A stretch of 64,000 bases of DNA from Candidatus Latescibacterota bacterium. Lineage in GTDB: Bacteria; Latescibacterota; UBA2968; UBA8231. The notes under the pieces were generated by a model. It was given only the letters and a program-made list of their open reading frames with translations, was not told the DNA's origin and did no database searches. The stretch lies in assembly GCA_965200315.1 (NCBI GenBank), contig OZ241362.1, forward strand, positions 640,001-704,000. The letters are read 5' to 3'. Made by a program: the position numbers and the translations under genes. Below are positions 9,825 through 20,292 of the stretch, piece after piece (the stretch's first letter is position 1; every line of letters starts with the position of its first letter).

Positions 9825-11729
9825 TTAGTTAATCCACTCGACAATCGCGTCCTCGCTCAGCCCCTCGGCCTCAACCACAAGCTGCGTTCCCTTACCCGCA
9901 CGATAGCATCGCCTAGCGACGCGCTGCGGAAAATGATCCCCGGCCCCATACACCAACAGCCGCCCCGGCGCACACAACGCCAGTGCCATCCGCACATCGC
10001 CCAACGCGCGAATCCCCGGCGCAAAAAGCACCCCGGTCCACGCTTCGTCACCGCCCAAATCGCGGCCACCCCAGTCCACCGCGGTGCTGCCGACGCCACT
10101 AGTCAGCGCCCGGGCAAACAGACACCAGATGCCGGCCTCGCCTTGGCCGACGAGGTGGCGCTGGCCCACGCGCAGGTGCTGGGCCAGATAGGCCAAGCCC
10201 GTGAGGATGTCCTGCACCCGGCAAGCCATCGTCGCCTGATTATAAGTGTGGTACAGGGGATCCGCCTCGTCGTGCCCTTCCCGCTCCGTCCCATCGGTCA
10301 GGAAAGGAGCGACAACCAGCACGGCCCCACCCGCCTGTAACAAGCCCTGCGCCAGCGCACCAGGATCGTCGCCTCCCCAAGGCGCATCGGCAATCAGGGT
10401 CGCCGCCAGCGTGCCTTGGGGACCACGCGGCAGGAAAAACGCCGCACGAACCCGTTCCCCGCAGCCCACGCGCCCCAAGACCAACTCCTCGGCCACATAG
10501 CCCTCCTCCCTCCGAAAGCCCAAGCTCTCGACCGCTACTTGGGGCGCGGCCTCCACCCCGAGCAGACTCGCCAGCGCCGGGCGCGTCTCGCGCTGGAAGC
10601 GCCGGATGGGGGCGGCCAACCGCACGGCCAACCGCTTCTCGCTGCGGGCACTCACCGCCGCGAAAACCCCCTGCGAGTCGAGCGCACGGGCCGGTTTTTT
10701 GCGCCCGCTGAACACCAGCAAATCCTCGTCCTGCTCCACGGCAAATGGCACCTCGGCGACTCGCCCTCGCCCGCCGAGCAAATGGCGTTTGAAAAACGCG
10801 TACACCGCTTCGCGGCTCGGCTGGTTGTAGTTGTGAGGGGCGTCTATCTGCACCTCGCGCACCTTGTTTTGCGCCCCGTAGAGGCCGTAGATCGCCCGCA
10901 CCGCCGGGAACTCAACCTCCGGCGTGTTCGCCGTCCAGTCGCCGCTACACGACACCAGCAACAAGGGCCGCGGCGCCATGCAGCTTGCGATTTCCACATT
11001 GTTGATGTCCAGCCGCAAGTGGCCCTGATTTTCGCAGCGACAGCCGCCCTGCATAAAGGCCGAGACCATGTTGACGGGAGCCGCCGCCTTGATCCGCTCG
11101 TCAACGGCCATCAGCAAAAAGGTCTGCGTCCCCCCACCGGACGCGCCTGTGCAGCCTATGCGCTCGGCATCCACATCCGCCAGCGAGGCGAGGAAATCAA
11201 CCACTCGTATGCTGTTCCACAGTTGCAAGCTCAGTGCGCCGATCCCCCACAGCACCTCGCGCCGCCCCCCAATCTCCCGATGCACGAATTGGTCGCTGTC
11301 GTTGTACCCAACCATGTCGTACGAAAAGGCCACCATGCCCTGCCGCGCAAAGCTGATGCAGCGGCCAGCAATTGACCCCAGCTCGGTGTTTTCGAGCCGC
11401 CCCCGCTGCCAGTGGCCGTGCGGACAGGCAATCCCCGGAAAAGGCCCCTCCCCCAGCGGCCGGTACAGATTGCCGCAGACGAAGAAGCCGGGCAGGCTCT
11501 CGAAAAAGACCTTTTCCACCGCATAGCCCTCCCGCTCAATCCGCCCAAAAATCTGCGCCTTGAGCGGCGTTTTCGCCGGCAGCGGCCACAAGCCCGCGCA
11601 GACGAGGATGTGCCGACGAATCGCCGCCTTGCGCTCTTCCCACTCGGCCAGCGTCCGATAGCGGCGCAAGGCCCACGGCGTACTAACGCCTTTGGCCGCG
11701 CCCAGCCGCTCATCACTTGTAACGGTCAT
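9825..11729 (-). CDS. Acetylxylan-esterase-like alpha/beta hydrolase with second degenerate hydrolase domain
   Basis: PHGH, YDMVG, GASGGGTQT nucleophile elbow, APRPLL, PHNY. Confidence 0.82.
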   Translation of the reverse strand: MTVTSDERLGAAKGVSTPWALRRYRTLAEWEERKAAIRRHILVCAGLWPLPAKTPLKAQIFGRIEREGYAVEKVFFESLPGFFVCGNLYRPLGEGPFPGIACPHGHWQRGRLENTELGSIAGRCISFARQGMVAFSYDMVGYNDSDQFVHREIGGRREVLWGIGALSLQLWNSIRVVDFLASLADVDAERIGCTGASGGGTQTFLLMAVDERIKAAAPVNMVSAFMQGGCRCENQGHLRLDINNVEIASCMAPRPLLLVSCSGDWTANTPEVEFPAVRAIYGLYGAQNKVREVQIDAPHNYNQPSREAVYAFFKRHLLGGRGRVAEVPFAVEQDEDLLVFSGRKKPARALDSQGVFAAVSARSEKRLAVRLAAPIRRFQRETRPALASLLGVEAAPQVAVESLGFRREEGYVAEELVLGRVGCGERVRAAFFLPRGPQGTLAATLIADAPWGGDDPGALAQGLLQAGGAVLVVAPFLTDGTEREGHDEADPLYHTYNQATMACRVQDILTGLAYLAQHLRVGQRHLVGQGEAGIWCLFARALTSGVGSTAVDWGGRDLGGDEAWTGVLFAPGIRALGDVRMALALCAPGRLLVYGAGDHFPQRVARRCYRAGKGTQLVVEAEGLSEDAIVEWIN

Positions 11730-11799
11730 ACTAAGTTCTCCTTCTTTAATAGAGCTTCCCAATTACCGCCCCCGCTCGCCTGCCAGAGGCGACCGCGTC

Positions 11800-12624
11800 T
11801 CACGCCTTAACCGCACCCGCCATCAAACCGGCCGTCAACCGCTTTCTCACCAGCAGGAACAGCAAGATCGTCGGGACCGTCGCCACCACGGCGGTGGCCA
11901 TCAAATAATTCCACTCCACCACGTTGTTTTTTTCCCAAGCGTAGAGCGCCATAGTAATCGGCTGCATCTTCCGTTTGGAAACCAGCACCAGCGCAAAGAT
12001 GAATTCGTTCCAAGTGCTGACAAAGGTAAAAATGGCCGTAGTCGTCAGCCCGGGGGCCGTCAGCGGCAGGGCAATTCTGAAGATCATCCCCGTCCGCGAG
12101 AGGCCGTCGATCATAGCGGCATCCTCCAATTCCTCTGGGATACTCTTGAAAAACCCGCGCAACATCCAGATGGAAAACGGCAGGGTTATGGCCGTATTCA
12201 CCAAGATCAAGGCCGTGTACGTATCCAGGAGCTGTAGGGCTTTCATCATCTCGAACAAGGGAATGAGGACAATCACCGGCGAAAACATCTGCACCACGAG
12301 GATGCTCATGCCGAATAGACCGCGCCCGCGAAAATTGATACGCGCCATCGCATAGGCCGCCGGGGCCGCCACCACGATGTTAAAAAATACCGCGGCCAAG
12401 GCGATGAACAGGCTGTTCAACAGGTGCCGCGCCATGGGAATCCGCACAAAAATATCCACGTAGTTGTGCCACACAAACGCGCGGGGAATCAGCGTCGCCG
12501 GTGCTTGAAAGACTTCCCCCATGGTCTTTAACGAGGTGCCAGCGACGACCAACAGCGGAAAGAGGGTAAAAGCCGCAACCCCTGCCATAAGAGTGGTGCG
12601 CAACAAGGCGCCGGCCGGTATCAC
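11800..12624 (-). CDS. Carbohydrate ABC transporter permease
   Basis: IPEELEDAAMIDG EAA loop; ends GLMAGAVKA. Confidence 0.93.
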   Translation of the reverse strand: MIPAGALLRTTLMAGVAAFTLFPLLVVAGTSLKTMGEVFQAPATLIPRAFVWHNYVDIFVRIPMARHLLNSLFIALAAVFFNIVVAAPAAYAMARINFRGRGLFGMSILVVQMFSPVIVLIPLFEMMKALQLLDTYTALILVNTAITLPFSIWMLRGFFKSIPEELEDAAMIDGLSRTGMIFRIALPLTAPGLTTTAIFTFVSTWNEFIFALVLVSKRKMQPITMALYAWEKNNVVEWNYLMATAVVATVPTILLFLLVRKRLTAGLMAGAVKA

Positions 12625-13493
12625 GACTCAATCTCTTTTTTGTAGAACAGACGCCACTGGAGCAAGCTGATGGCGACCAGCAGCAAGAAGGCCAAAAAGG
12701 CCATGCTGCTGGCCTGGCCAAAGTTGAAGTAGCCAAAGGCGCGGCGAAAAATTTCTGTGACCATGATCTGGGTCTGGTTGGCCGGCCCGCCCCCGGTGAT
12801 TACGTAGATGAAGACAAAACTGTTGAAGGACCAGATGAAACTGATCAACAAAACCGCCAGCGCAACGGGGCGGAGCAAGGGTACGGTGATATACCAGAAC
12901 TTCTGCCATGTTGTGGTCCCGTCTATAATGGCGGCCTCGTACAGATGGAGCGGAATGGACTGCAAGGCCGCGAGGAATGCAAAGGTGGTAAACGGCAGGG
13001 CCGTCCACAGCCGGGCGAACAAGGCCCCGCCAAACGCCGTAGAAGCACTCGTCAACCACTGCACGGGATGATCGACGATATGCAGAGACAGCAACAACGC
13101 GTTGAGGTGTCCGTACTCGCCGTTATACATCCACTTCCAAGCGATAGCCGCTACTACCAGCGGCGTGGCCCAAGCCAAGATCAACGAACTGCGGATCAAC
13201 TCGCAGAGGATCGTACTGCGGCTCAACAAGAGAGCGGCAGCCAAGCCCGCTCCCACATTCATCAAGACGGCAAGCACCGTCCACACGGCCGTGTTTTTGA
13301 GCACTAACCAAAAGACATCGTCCCTGACGAGGCCCGTATAGTTCTGAGCTCCCACAAAGGACTCCCCTTTGTAGGAAGTGTGGTAGAGACTAGTCTTGAG
13401 GATTTCGACCATGGGAAACCCCAAAAACAGCAGCAGCCAAAGGGCTGCTGGCGCAATGTAAAAATAGGCCAGCCGGCGTTTTTCTCTTTCCAC
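12621..13493 (-). CDS. Carbohydrate ABC transporter permease
   Basis: LYEAAIIDG, ITGGGPAN. Confidence 0.93.
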   Translation of the reverse strand: MEREKRRLAYFYIAPAALWLLLFLGFPMVEILKTSLYHTSYKGESFVGAQNYTGLVRDDVFWLVLKNTAVWTVLAVLMNVGAGLAAALLLSRSTILCELIRSSLILAWATPLVVAAIAWKWMYNGEYGHLNALLLSLHIVDHPVQWLTSASTAFGGALFARLWTALPFTTFAFLAALQSIPLHLYEAAIIDGTTTWQKFWYITVPLLRPVALAVLLISFIWSFNSFVFIYVITGGGPANQTQIMVTEIFRRAFGYFNFGQASSMAFLAFLLLVAISLLQWRLFYKKEIES

Positions 13494-13517
13494 GATAACT
13501 CCCTGCCAAATGCGGCT

Positions 13518-14759
13518 TCAAGGCGTGGGCAGCGCCGGGTTTTCCAATTCCTTCAGCAAGCGACCGTACAGGGTGTTGAGTGCCTCGGCCGGTGTTGCCG
13601 TACCCGCTAAGACCATCTGGATCGCCTCGCCCCATCCATCTTGGATTTTGGTCCATTCTGGATGTTGGGGCGTCAACTGTAGCAATTCTCTTTGCGCCTG
13701 ATAATTCTGTATCGGGATCGACTGGTAATATGGATCGTCGGCTGCGTTTTTCGTCATGGGCACGCCCCCTACTTCCACATCGATCAAGCGGCGATTTTCC
13801 AAGCGTTGGATAAAACGCATGAATTCATACCCGAGGTCTTTGTGCTGCGAAGTGGAAAACATGCCAAAGACATCGACGATGAGCAGCATCTTCTGAGCTT
13901 CGCCGGGCGGGATCAGCAAAGGCTCGCATTCAACGCCCGCATCCCGGCACATCTGGTCCTGCCAGGGGCCGCTGAACAACATCCCCACCTTGCCCGCAGC
14001 CATTTCAGCATAGCATTCGTTGGCATTCAAATTCAGAATGCCCGGCGGCATGACCCGGTCCAAAAGGTGCATGGCGGTCAGGAACTCGACATAGGCAATG
14101 GCTTGCGGGCTGTTGATCGCCAGCTTGCCCTCCCGGTCGAAGAAGCGGCCCCCCAACCCCCACATCATTGCGATCTGATCCTGCATTAGGTGTTTCGGCC
14201 GGCCGGCACCAATACAGAACCCATAGCGTTCGGGCGGCTGGTTGAGCTTATTGGCCAGAACGCGGACCCCTTCCCACGTCGTCGGCGCCTCTGTCATTCC
14301 CACCTCTTGCATCCAGTCCCGGCGCACGTAGAGCGTCCGGTTGGCCCCCACCAGCGGCACCCCGTAGGTTTTTCCCTTGTACTCGCCCGCGCTCAGGGCG
14401 ACATCGAGCCACTCTTCGCGTTCGGCAGCACTCATAAAAGCATCGAGCGGCTCCAGCACGCCCCGCTCGGCATATTCGGGGATCATTCCCATGAAGAGAA
14501 AACCCAGATCGGGCAGGTTATCGCCCTGAATCATGGTATTGTAAAACGTCGGCCCTTGGTCGTAGGAGACGTATTGCTGTTCGATGGTCACGCCGGGATG
14601 TTCCGCCTCAAACTCCTCTTTCCATATTCCGTAGGTCTCAAGTTCGGGGCCCATCCAGACGATCTTCAAGATCGCGTCCCCGTCATCGGGGCTGTTGGCG
14701 CAGCCGGACCAGACCGCACCGAGGACCAGCAATATCCACGCGGAGCGGGATCGACTCAT
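13518..14759 (-). CDS. Sugar ABC transporter substrate-binding lipoprotein
   Basis: Lipobox-like VWSGC; FEAEHPGV, YGVP, PTTWE, GKVGM..SGPW. Confidence 0.9.
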   Translation of the reverse strand: MSRSRSAWILLVLGAVWSGCANSPDDGDAILKIVWMGPELETYGIWKEEFEAEHPGVTIEQQYVSYDQGPTFYNTMIQGDNLPDLGFLFMGMIPEYAERGVLEPLDAFMSAAEREEWLDVALSAGEYKGKTYGVPLVGANRTLYVRRDWMQEVGMTEAPTTWEGVRVLANKLNQPPERYGFCIGAGRPKHLMQDQIAMMWGLGGRFFDREGKLAINSPQAIAYVEFLTAMHLLDRVMPPGILNLNANECYAEMAAGKVGMLFSGPWQDQMCRDAGVECEPLLIPPGEAQKMLLIVDVFGMFSTSQHKDLGYEFMRFIQRLENRRLIDVEVGGVPMTKNAADDPYYQSIPIQNYQAQRELLQLTPQHPEWTKIQDGWGEAIQMVLAGTATPAEALNTLYGRLLKELENPALPTP

Positions 14760-14879
14760 AAACGCCCTTTCTCGCTTGAGTGGGTTGTCGTAGGATGTAG
14801 GGCGATTTTTCGCCAGCAATCAAAATAGGTAGCATACGAAGCACGCGACAGCCAATTGAACAGGCCCCCTACTCTGCGT

Positions 14880-15060
14880 GGATTTGTTGGCGTAAATGTC
14901 AGCGACGACCGGCGGGTGTCCACTGCACTAACCGGGGTTTGCCAGATCGTCACCGACACCGTGCTCGTCGGCTCTTTGGCTAAGGCCACCGTGTAGCGGG
15001 CGGATGAACCCTCGGCGATGGATAGGGTCGCGGGGTTGAGCACCAAGGCCACGTCGGCGC
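14880..15060 (-). pseudogene. Fragment of a Calx-beta/cadherin-like Ig-fold repeat
   Basis: LSIAEGSSARYTVALAKEPTSTVSVT...SLTFTPTN; no convincing start or continuation. Confidence 0.6.
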
Positions 15061-15278
15061 TGTTGGAGCCCGACTGGGCGCTCCAAAACGCGAGTTCGGG
15101 TTACGCGGCCTTTCCTTTAGTTGGATTTGTGCATCGCTTTTTAGGGCCGGTTTTTAGGTGAATCGCCATCGGCACCTAATCCACCTCTAGCCGTCCTAAA
15201 TTACTCGACTGTGGCCAGTGCGCGTTTTCACTTAATTTTCACCGCGAGCCCCAAAAGCCACTTGGAGGATTTTCCAAC

Positions 15279-16343
15279 ATGCGAAATATAGCTGTATTCT
15301 TGGGGCTGGCTCTGTTGGCCCTTTCCCCTGCACGAGCGCTTGAACGCCCCGACAAAGAGTTCGCAATTTTCCAGTTTCCCCCCACGATGATACCCCGCAT
15401 TGATGGGCAGACCGACGACTGGGCAATCGTCCCCGAATCTTATGTAATCGGCACCGAGGAACTGGCAGAAACCGTCAAAGGCAAGGGCACCAACCACGAC
15501 CCAAAAGACCTAGACGTCGCCGTGCGGGTGGGCTGGGTCCATGGTCTGAACCGGCTCTACTTCCTCTACGAAGCGCGCGACGACTACTGGAACATGCACT
15601 ACCGTCGCGGGGACATTTTTGAAGTCGCCGTCGATGCAGACCGCTCGGGAGGCCCCAACATACACAACCCCCAGTTGGACGAGTGGGACAGCCACTTTGC
15701 GTTCAAGGGGGTACACGCTCAGAACTACCACATTTTCACGCCGCCGGGCGCGGGCCGCGACTGGGTTTTTGTCTGGGGCTGCCAGCCGTGGATCAGCCGG
15801 CTGCCCTACGCCAACCACGCGTACGCCTACGACTTTGCCGAGGGCGAGAGCGGCCGGCTGGTGCTCGAATTCTGGATCACCCCTTTTGACTATGCCCCCT
15901 ATGAGGGACCCGAGCGCGCCGTGGTGTCCAAGCTGGTGGAAAATGCCCTCATCGGGCTGTCGTGGGCCGTGCTCGACTACGACGAAAACAACCGCTCGTA
16001 CGAGGGGTTCTGGAACCTCTCCCACAAGACCCGCATGGACTCAGACGCCTCAAATTTGTGCGCCTTTCGGCTCATGCCGCTCGCCAGCCACTTTCGCGAG
16101 CCGCTCGAAGCGCAGTGGGAATTCCAAGTGGTGGATATGCAGCGCAGATTAGTGGCCTTCAAAGACCTTTCCTACGGCACCATCACCTCTTGGTCGTGGG
16201 ATTTTGACGATGGCACCACCGCGTCCGAACAACATCCCATCCACCAGTACCAAGAAGCCGGCGAATACACGGTCGTGCTCACCGTACAGGGGCCAGAGGG
16301 CACGGCACGCCGCGTCAAAGTGCGGCAAGTCGCGGTGCGCTAG
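15279..16343 (+). CDS. Secreted protein with CBM9/DOMON-like region and C-terminal PKD domain
   Basis: Signal peptide; PRIDG..DDW; C-terminal SWSWDFDDGT.....P.H.Y..AGEYTVVLTV. Confidence 0.8.
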   Translation: MRNIAVFLGLALLALSPARALERPDKEFAIFQFPPTMIPRIDGQTDDWAIVPESYVIGTEELAETVKGKGTNHDPKDLDVAVRVGWVHGLNRLYFLYEARDDYWNMHYRRGDIFEVAVDADRSGGPNIHNPQLDEWDSHFAFKGVHAQNYHIFTPPGAGRDWVFVWGCQPWISRLPYANHAYAYDFAEGESGRLVLEFWITPFDYAPYEGPERAVVSKLVENALIGLSWAVLDYDENNRSYEGFWNLSHKTRMDSDASNLCAFRLMPLASHFREPLEAQWEFQVVDMQRRLVAFKDLSYGTITSWSWDFDDGTTASEQHPIHQYQEAGEYTVVLTVQGPEGTARRVKVRQVAVR

Positions 16344-16426
16344 GCAAAACCTGCGGGGCGATCCTCGGAACTCAGGCCCCCCCGCGGACACGCAGGGGCA
16401 AGCCTATCAGAGCCTCTAAGACCGAT

Positions 16427-17569
16427 TCAAATGTATCCCGTCGATCCATCCGCCCGCACCGGGCAGGTGCGCTGCCAGTGGACGTATTGGTCTGCGCTGA
16501 TGGCGTCTTCGTCGACCTCAATGCCGAGGCCCGGACGGTCGCGCAGTGTGAGATAGCCGTCTTGGGGCAGGTACGGCTCGTCCACCCAGTCCTTCCACTC
16601 GTTGCTCAAGGGCGAGATGTACTCCAAAATTTTGAAGTTGGGCGTGGCCGCCGCAAAATGCACGTTGACTGCCGTGGCCACCGGCCCCATGGGGTTGTGC
16701 GGTGCTACGCTGACGTAGTGGGCCTCGGCAATAGCAGCGATTTTACGCATTTCAAGCAGGCCGCCGCACACGCACACATCCGGCTGGATGATGTCCACAG
16801 CTTGAGCGGCCATCAGGTCGAGAAATTCCCAACGGGTGTAGAGGCACTCGCCGGTGGCCAAGGGAATTTGCATCTGCTGGCGCAGCCGCGCCCAAGCGGA
16901 GGTATGCTCGGGCCGCAAAGGCTCTTCGTAGAAGTAGGGGTCGTAGGGCGCCAGTGCATTGGCCAACTGCACGGCGCGGACCGGCTCGAATATTTTGGCG
17001 TGGGGATCAAAGGCGAATTCAAAGTCTGCGGGCGCGTGCTGGCGAATCTCCTCAAAGTATTTGGCCGCCGCCGCGCAAATGCGCCCCCAGCGATCGACCT
17101 CCGGGTTGAGACGAAAAGGACTGAGCTTGAAGGCCGTAAAACCCCACTCTTCGTTGAGGCGCACAGCGCTGTTGGCCGTCTCCTCGCCGTCGCGCCCCCC
17201 CGCCCCTTGGTACACGCGCACCCGGTCGCGGCAAGCACCGCCCAGCAGCATATATACCGGCAGACCGGCGGCCTTGCCGGAGATGTCCCACAGGGCGTGG
17301 TCAACGGCCGAACTCACAGCGAGGCCGACGCCACCGGGGGGAAAGCGGAATTGCTGGGTGAGTTTGAGCATGATGTACTCGATGCGGCGCGGGTCTTCGC
17401 CCTTGATCATTTCAAAGATGTAGTCGGCAATAGGTTCTATCGACTGGTCGGGGCCAATGGAATACGCCTCGCCCCAGCCGTGGAGGCCCTCGTCGGTTTC
17501 GACCTTGAGCAGGCCGCGGTTGCGGCCGCTGAATAGCCCCATGAAGGTTTTGATCGCCGTGATTTTCAT
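16427..17569 (-). CDS. Mandelate racemase/muconate lactonizing enzyme family, galactonate dehydratase-like
   Basis: ALWDISGK, AFK, DPH, YEEP, ATGE, IQPD, APHNP. Confidence 0.9.
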   Translation of the reverse strand: MKITAIKTFMGLFSGRNRGLLKVETDEGLHGWGEAYSIGPDQSIEPIADYIFEMIKGEDPRRIEYIMLKLTQQFRFPPGGVGLAVSSAVDHALWDISGKAAGLPVYMLLGGACRDRVRVYQGAGGRDGEETANSAVRLNEEWGFTAFKLSPFRLNPEVDRWGRICAAAAKYFEEIRQHAPADFEFAFDPHAKIFEPVRAVQLANALAPYDPYFYEEPLRPEHTSAWARLRQQMQIPLATGECLYTRWEFLDLMAAQAVDIIQPDVCVCGGLLEMRKIAAIAEAHYVSVAPHNPMGPVATAVNVHFAAATPNFKILEYISPLSNEWKDWVDEPYLPQDGYLTLRDRPGLGIEVDEDAISADQYVHWQRTCPVRADGSTGYI

Positions 17570-17677
17570 CTTGGTGTCCTCCTTATTGAGGAAAAGTTGG
17601 TTGGGGGATAATTACGCCCTATTTTTTCGGCGAGCAGGATGCCGATGATCTAACCATAGATTCAACTCGGGGGCACC

Positions 17678-18505
17678 ATGCAATTCGTCCAATTGACCCA
17701 CGCCCAGCGCCGCGCTTTTGCCGCCGACGGCTTTCTCATGGTCCCGCAAGCCATTGATGCCGCAACCGTGGCCGGCCTGACCGCATCAAGCGATCGCTTG
17801 ATGCAATCATTCCTCGACGACCGAGCTGAGACCCAGATGCAACTGCGCCGGGGCGTCGTCCAAGAAGAAGCGTTCGACCAACTTGTCTCCAACTCGGCAA
17901 CCGTTCCCCTAGTCGTGCAGTTGCTCTCGCCCAATATCCATCTCCACTCGGCCTCGGTGATCTACAAAAAGCCCCAAGACCCACACACCACAGCACCGCG
18001 GCGCGGCTGGCACCGCGATATTGGCATTGCCGAAGACCTCGGACAAGCCGGCCTGCCGCGCCTCGGCGTAAAGGTGTGCTACTGCCTGACCGATTTTGCC
18101 GAACCCAACTCCGGCATGACCCTGATGGCCCGCGGTACGCACCTCAATGAGACGCCCCTAGCCATTCCCGCAGGCGCAGTCGATCCGCCGACGATGGTCG
18201 ATCCGCCCTTGAGCGCCGGCGACGCCATTCTCTTTGAAAACCGCACGTTCCACACGGCGGCCCCCAATTTGAGCCAGCGCACCTCCAAGGTGATAATCTA
18301 CGGCTACGCGTACCGTTGGATGAAGCCGGATCAACACCTTGATCCACCCGATCAACGGGTATTACAGCGGACGACCAACGGCATCGACTGGCAGCTCTTG
18401 GGCGGCTATTACAACGTCGATGAAATACCCAGTGCCTTGATCAACTGGGCCGAGCAATACGAAGTCAATCCACCCCCCGTGACTTGGACTACGGACGCTC
18501 TGTAA
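17678..18505 (+). CDS. Phytanoyl-CoA dioxygenase (PhyH) family protein
   Basis: WHRD, GTH, AGDAILF..RTFH..PN. Confidence 0.9.
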   Translation: MQFVQLTHAQRRAFAADGFLMVPQAIDAATVAGLTASSDRLMQSFLDDRAETQMQLRRGVVQEEAFDQLVSNSATVPLVVQLLSPNIHLHSASVIYKKPQDPHTTAPRRGWHRDIGIAEDLGQAGLPRLGVKVCYCLTDFAEPNSGMTLMARGTHLNETPLAIPAGAVDPPTMVDPPLSAGDAILFENRTFHTAAPNLSQRTSKVIIYGYAYRWMKPDQHLDPPDQRVLQRTTNGIDWQLLGGYYNVDEIPSALINWAEQYEVNPPPVTWTTDAL

Positions 18506-18614
18506 CCCCAAGTCTGCTAGTTCGGTACTGGGTGCGGAGAAAAGCAGCGGAAAAACCCATGCTAGGACAACCCTTCTACATTATATAGTACTGGCAATGT
18601 TAAGGAGCAATAAC

Positions 18615-20072
18615 ATGACGGACGAAAAATCGGCCTTTTTGTTCATTGACGATGCGGTTGTCGAAAGCCTCGACAACGTCGTGCAAGGGGTCGTATCCGC
18701 CAAGAAGGTTTCGCCAAAACCGCTGATCGAGAAAGATCGAGCTTGGGAAGCGGAGTGGCTGATCGGCAGCTACATCAACGTCATGTACGACGACGACGAA
18801 AACGTCTTCAAAATGTGGTACGGCGTGGGCCGCAAATTGAGCGACGCGCGCGGCGACCAAGCGGACGGACTAGCCTACGCCGTCTCCCAAGACGGGCTCC
18901 ACTGGGAAAAACCCATCCTCAACCTCTTTGAGGACGGCGGCAGCAAAGAGAATAACTTGGTCTTTCCATTTTTCAGGTGGGGCGCTGGGACCGGCGTCAT
19001 GAAAGACCCCATTGAAACCGATCCGGCCAAGCGCTACAAGATGCTCTTTATGTTCCAGAGCGGCGACATGATATTCGCCGGCATTGTTCAGCCGGTCTGC
19101 GTGGCGTATTCTGCCGACGGGATCCATTGGGACGTGCCCCAACACTGGCTCAACCCGGTCATTCCCCAAGGTTCGGATACCCATCTAGCCGCTTATTGGG
19201 ATGCCAAAATCCACCGCTACGTCGTCTATCTGCGGGGCCGGCCCAACGTGCGCATCATTTGCATGGCCGAGAGCAGTGATTTTGAAAACTGGACCCCGCG
19301 CCAGATCATCGTTGCCCCCGACGAACTCGACCCCCCTCAGGACCACGAGTTTTACGGCATGAGTTCGCTGGCATACCGCGACTTGCGCATCGGCTTCCTC
19401 TCGGTGTTTCACACGCTCTACGAGGGGTGGATCGCCCAGAACCAGCTCGAAGACTGGATGCCTTCATGGATGAACCAAATGGACGTTCAGTTGACCTATT
19501 CAAAGGACGGCCGCACTTGGCATCGGGCGGGCAACCGCGAACCCATTCTGCTCTGCGGCCCCCCGGGCAGCTATGATTGTGGAAGTGTCTATCCCCCGCA
19601 TGCCCCTTTTGTCTTGGGCGAGGAGGTCTGGGTCTATCACGGCGGCTCAAACGATCTACACGGCGAGCCTCCGCGTGGCGGCGAGGAAACCCAGCGGGGA
19701 ATCAATCTGGCAAAGATCGAAAAGGACCGACTGGTCTGTCTGAAAACGGACGCTCAAGGGACCGCGACCACGGTTCCACTGAACATTGATCCCCATGCCT
19801 TGTGGATCAACGCCGACGCCAGCGACGGCTCACTGCAAGTGGAATTGGTCGATCCGTTTGACCGGATCGTGCCGGGTTTTGGCCGCGACGACTGCATACC
19901 CTTTTCGGGCAATGAGACAGAATATCAGATACAATGGAAAGGCGATGGGCAAGACGCGGACGGGAGCAAGGCGGGCGGTCTCGAACAGAAGATGGTCTCA
20001 CAGATGCGAGGGGGGCTCAAGGTCAAAGTGTACCTGGACCGCGCCAAACTATTTGCTCTCTATGCTCCTTAG
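18615..20072 (+). CDS. Beta-propeller glycoside hydrolase-like protein (GH32/GH130-like fold)
   Basis: Repeated S.DGLHWEKP / SADGIHW / SKDGRTW Asp-box motifs; C-terminal INADA..GSLQVEL module. Confidence 0.7.
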   Translation: MTDEKSAFLFIDDAVVESLDNVVQGVVSAKKVSPKPLIEKDRAWEAEWLIGSYINVMYDDDENVFKMWYGVGRKLSDARGDQADGLAYAVSQDGLHWEKPILNLFEDGGSKENNLVFPFFRWGAGTGVMKDPIETDPAKRYKMLFMFQSGDMIFAGIVQPVCVAYSADGIHWDVPQHWLNPVIPQGSDTHLAAYWDAKIHRYVVYLRGRPNVRIICMAESSDFENWTPRQIIVAPDELDPPQDHEFYGMSSLAYRDLRIGFLSVFHTLYEGWIAQNQLEDWMPSWMNQMDVQLTYSKDGRTWHRAGNREPILLCGPPGSYDCGSVYPPHAPFVLGEEVWVYHGGSNDLHGEPPRGGEETQRGINLAKIEKDRLVCLKTDAQGTATTVPLNIDPHALWINADASDGSLQVELVDPFDRIVPGFGRDDCIPFSGNETEYQIQWKGDGQDADGSKAGGLEQKMVSQMRGGLKVKVYLDRAKLFALYAP

Positions 20073-20161
20073 AGCACGTTTTAGAACTCCCTTGAAGTGA
20101 TCAATTCTTGTAAAGAGCGCACTCACCGAACACCCTATCGTACACAGCCTAATATGTCTGA

Positions 20162-20230
20162 GAAGCCGGCCGAAAACTCCAAGTTCGGCTCCAAGCCTCT
20201 GGGATCGAGGGCGTCTCGCCCTCGCAAAAC
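20162..20230 (+). repeat. Truncated copy of MITE with REP-like hairpin
   Basis: GAAGCCGGCCGAAAACTCCAAGTTCGGCTCC matches the reverse complement of 34955-34985; hairpin CGAGGGCG-TCT-CGCCCTCG. Confidence 0.7.
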
Positions 20231-20292
20231 GCTTAACGCCAAGGCCGCCACGGCATGGCCTAACCCATAATCAGCACGATGCGTAATATCAG

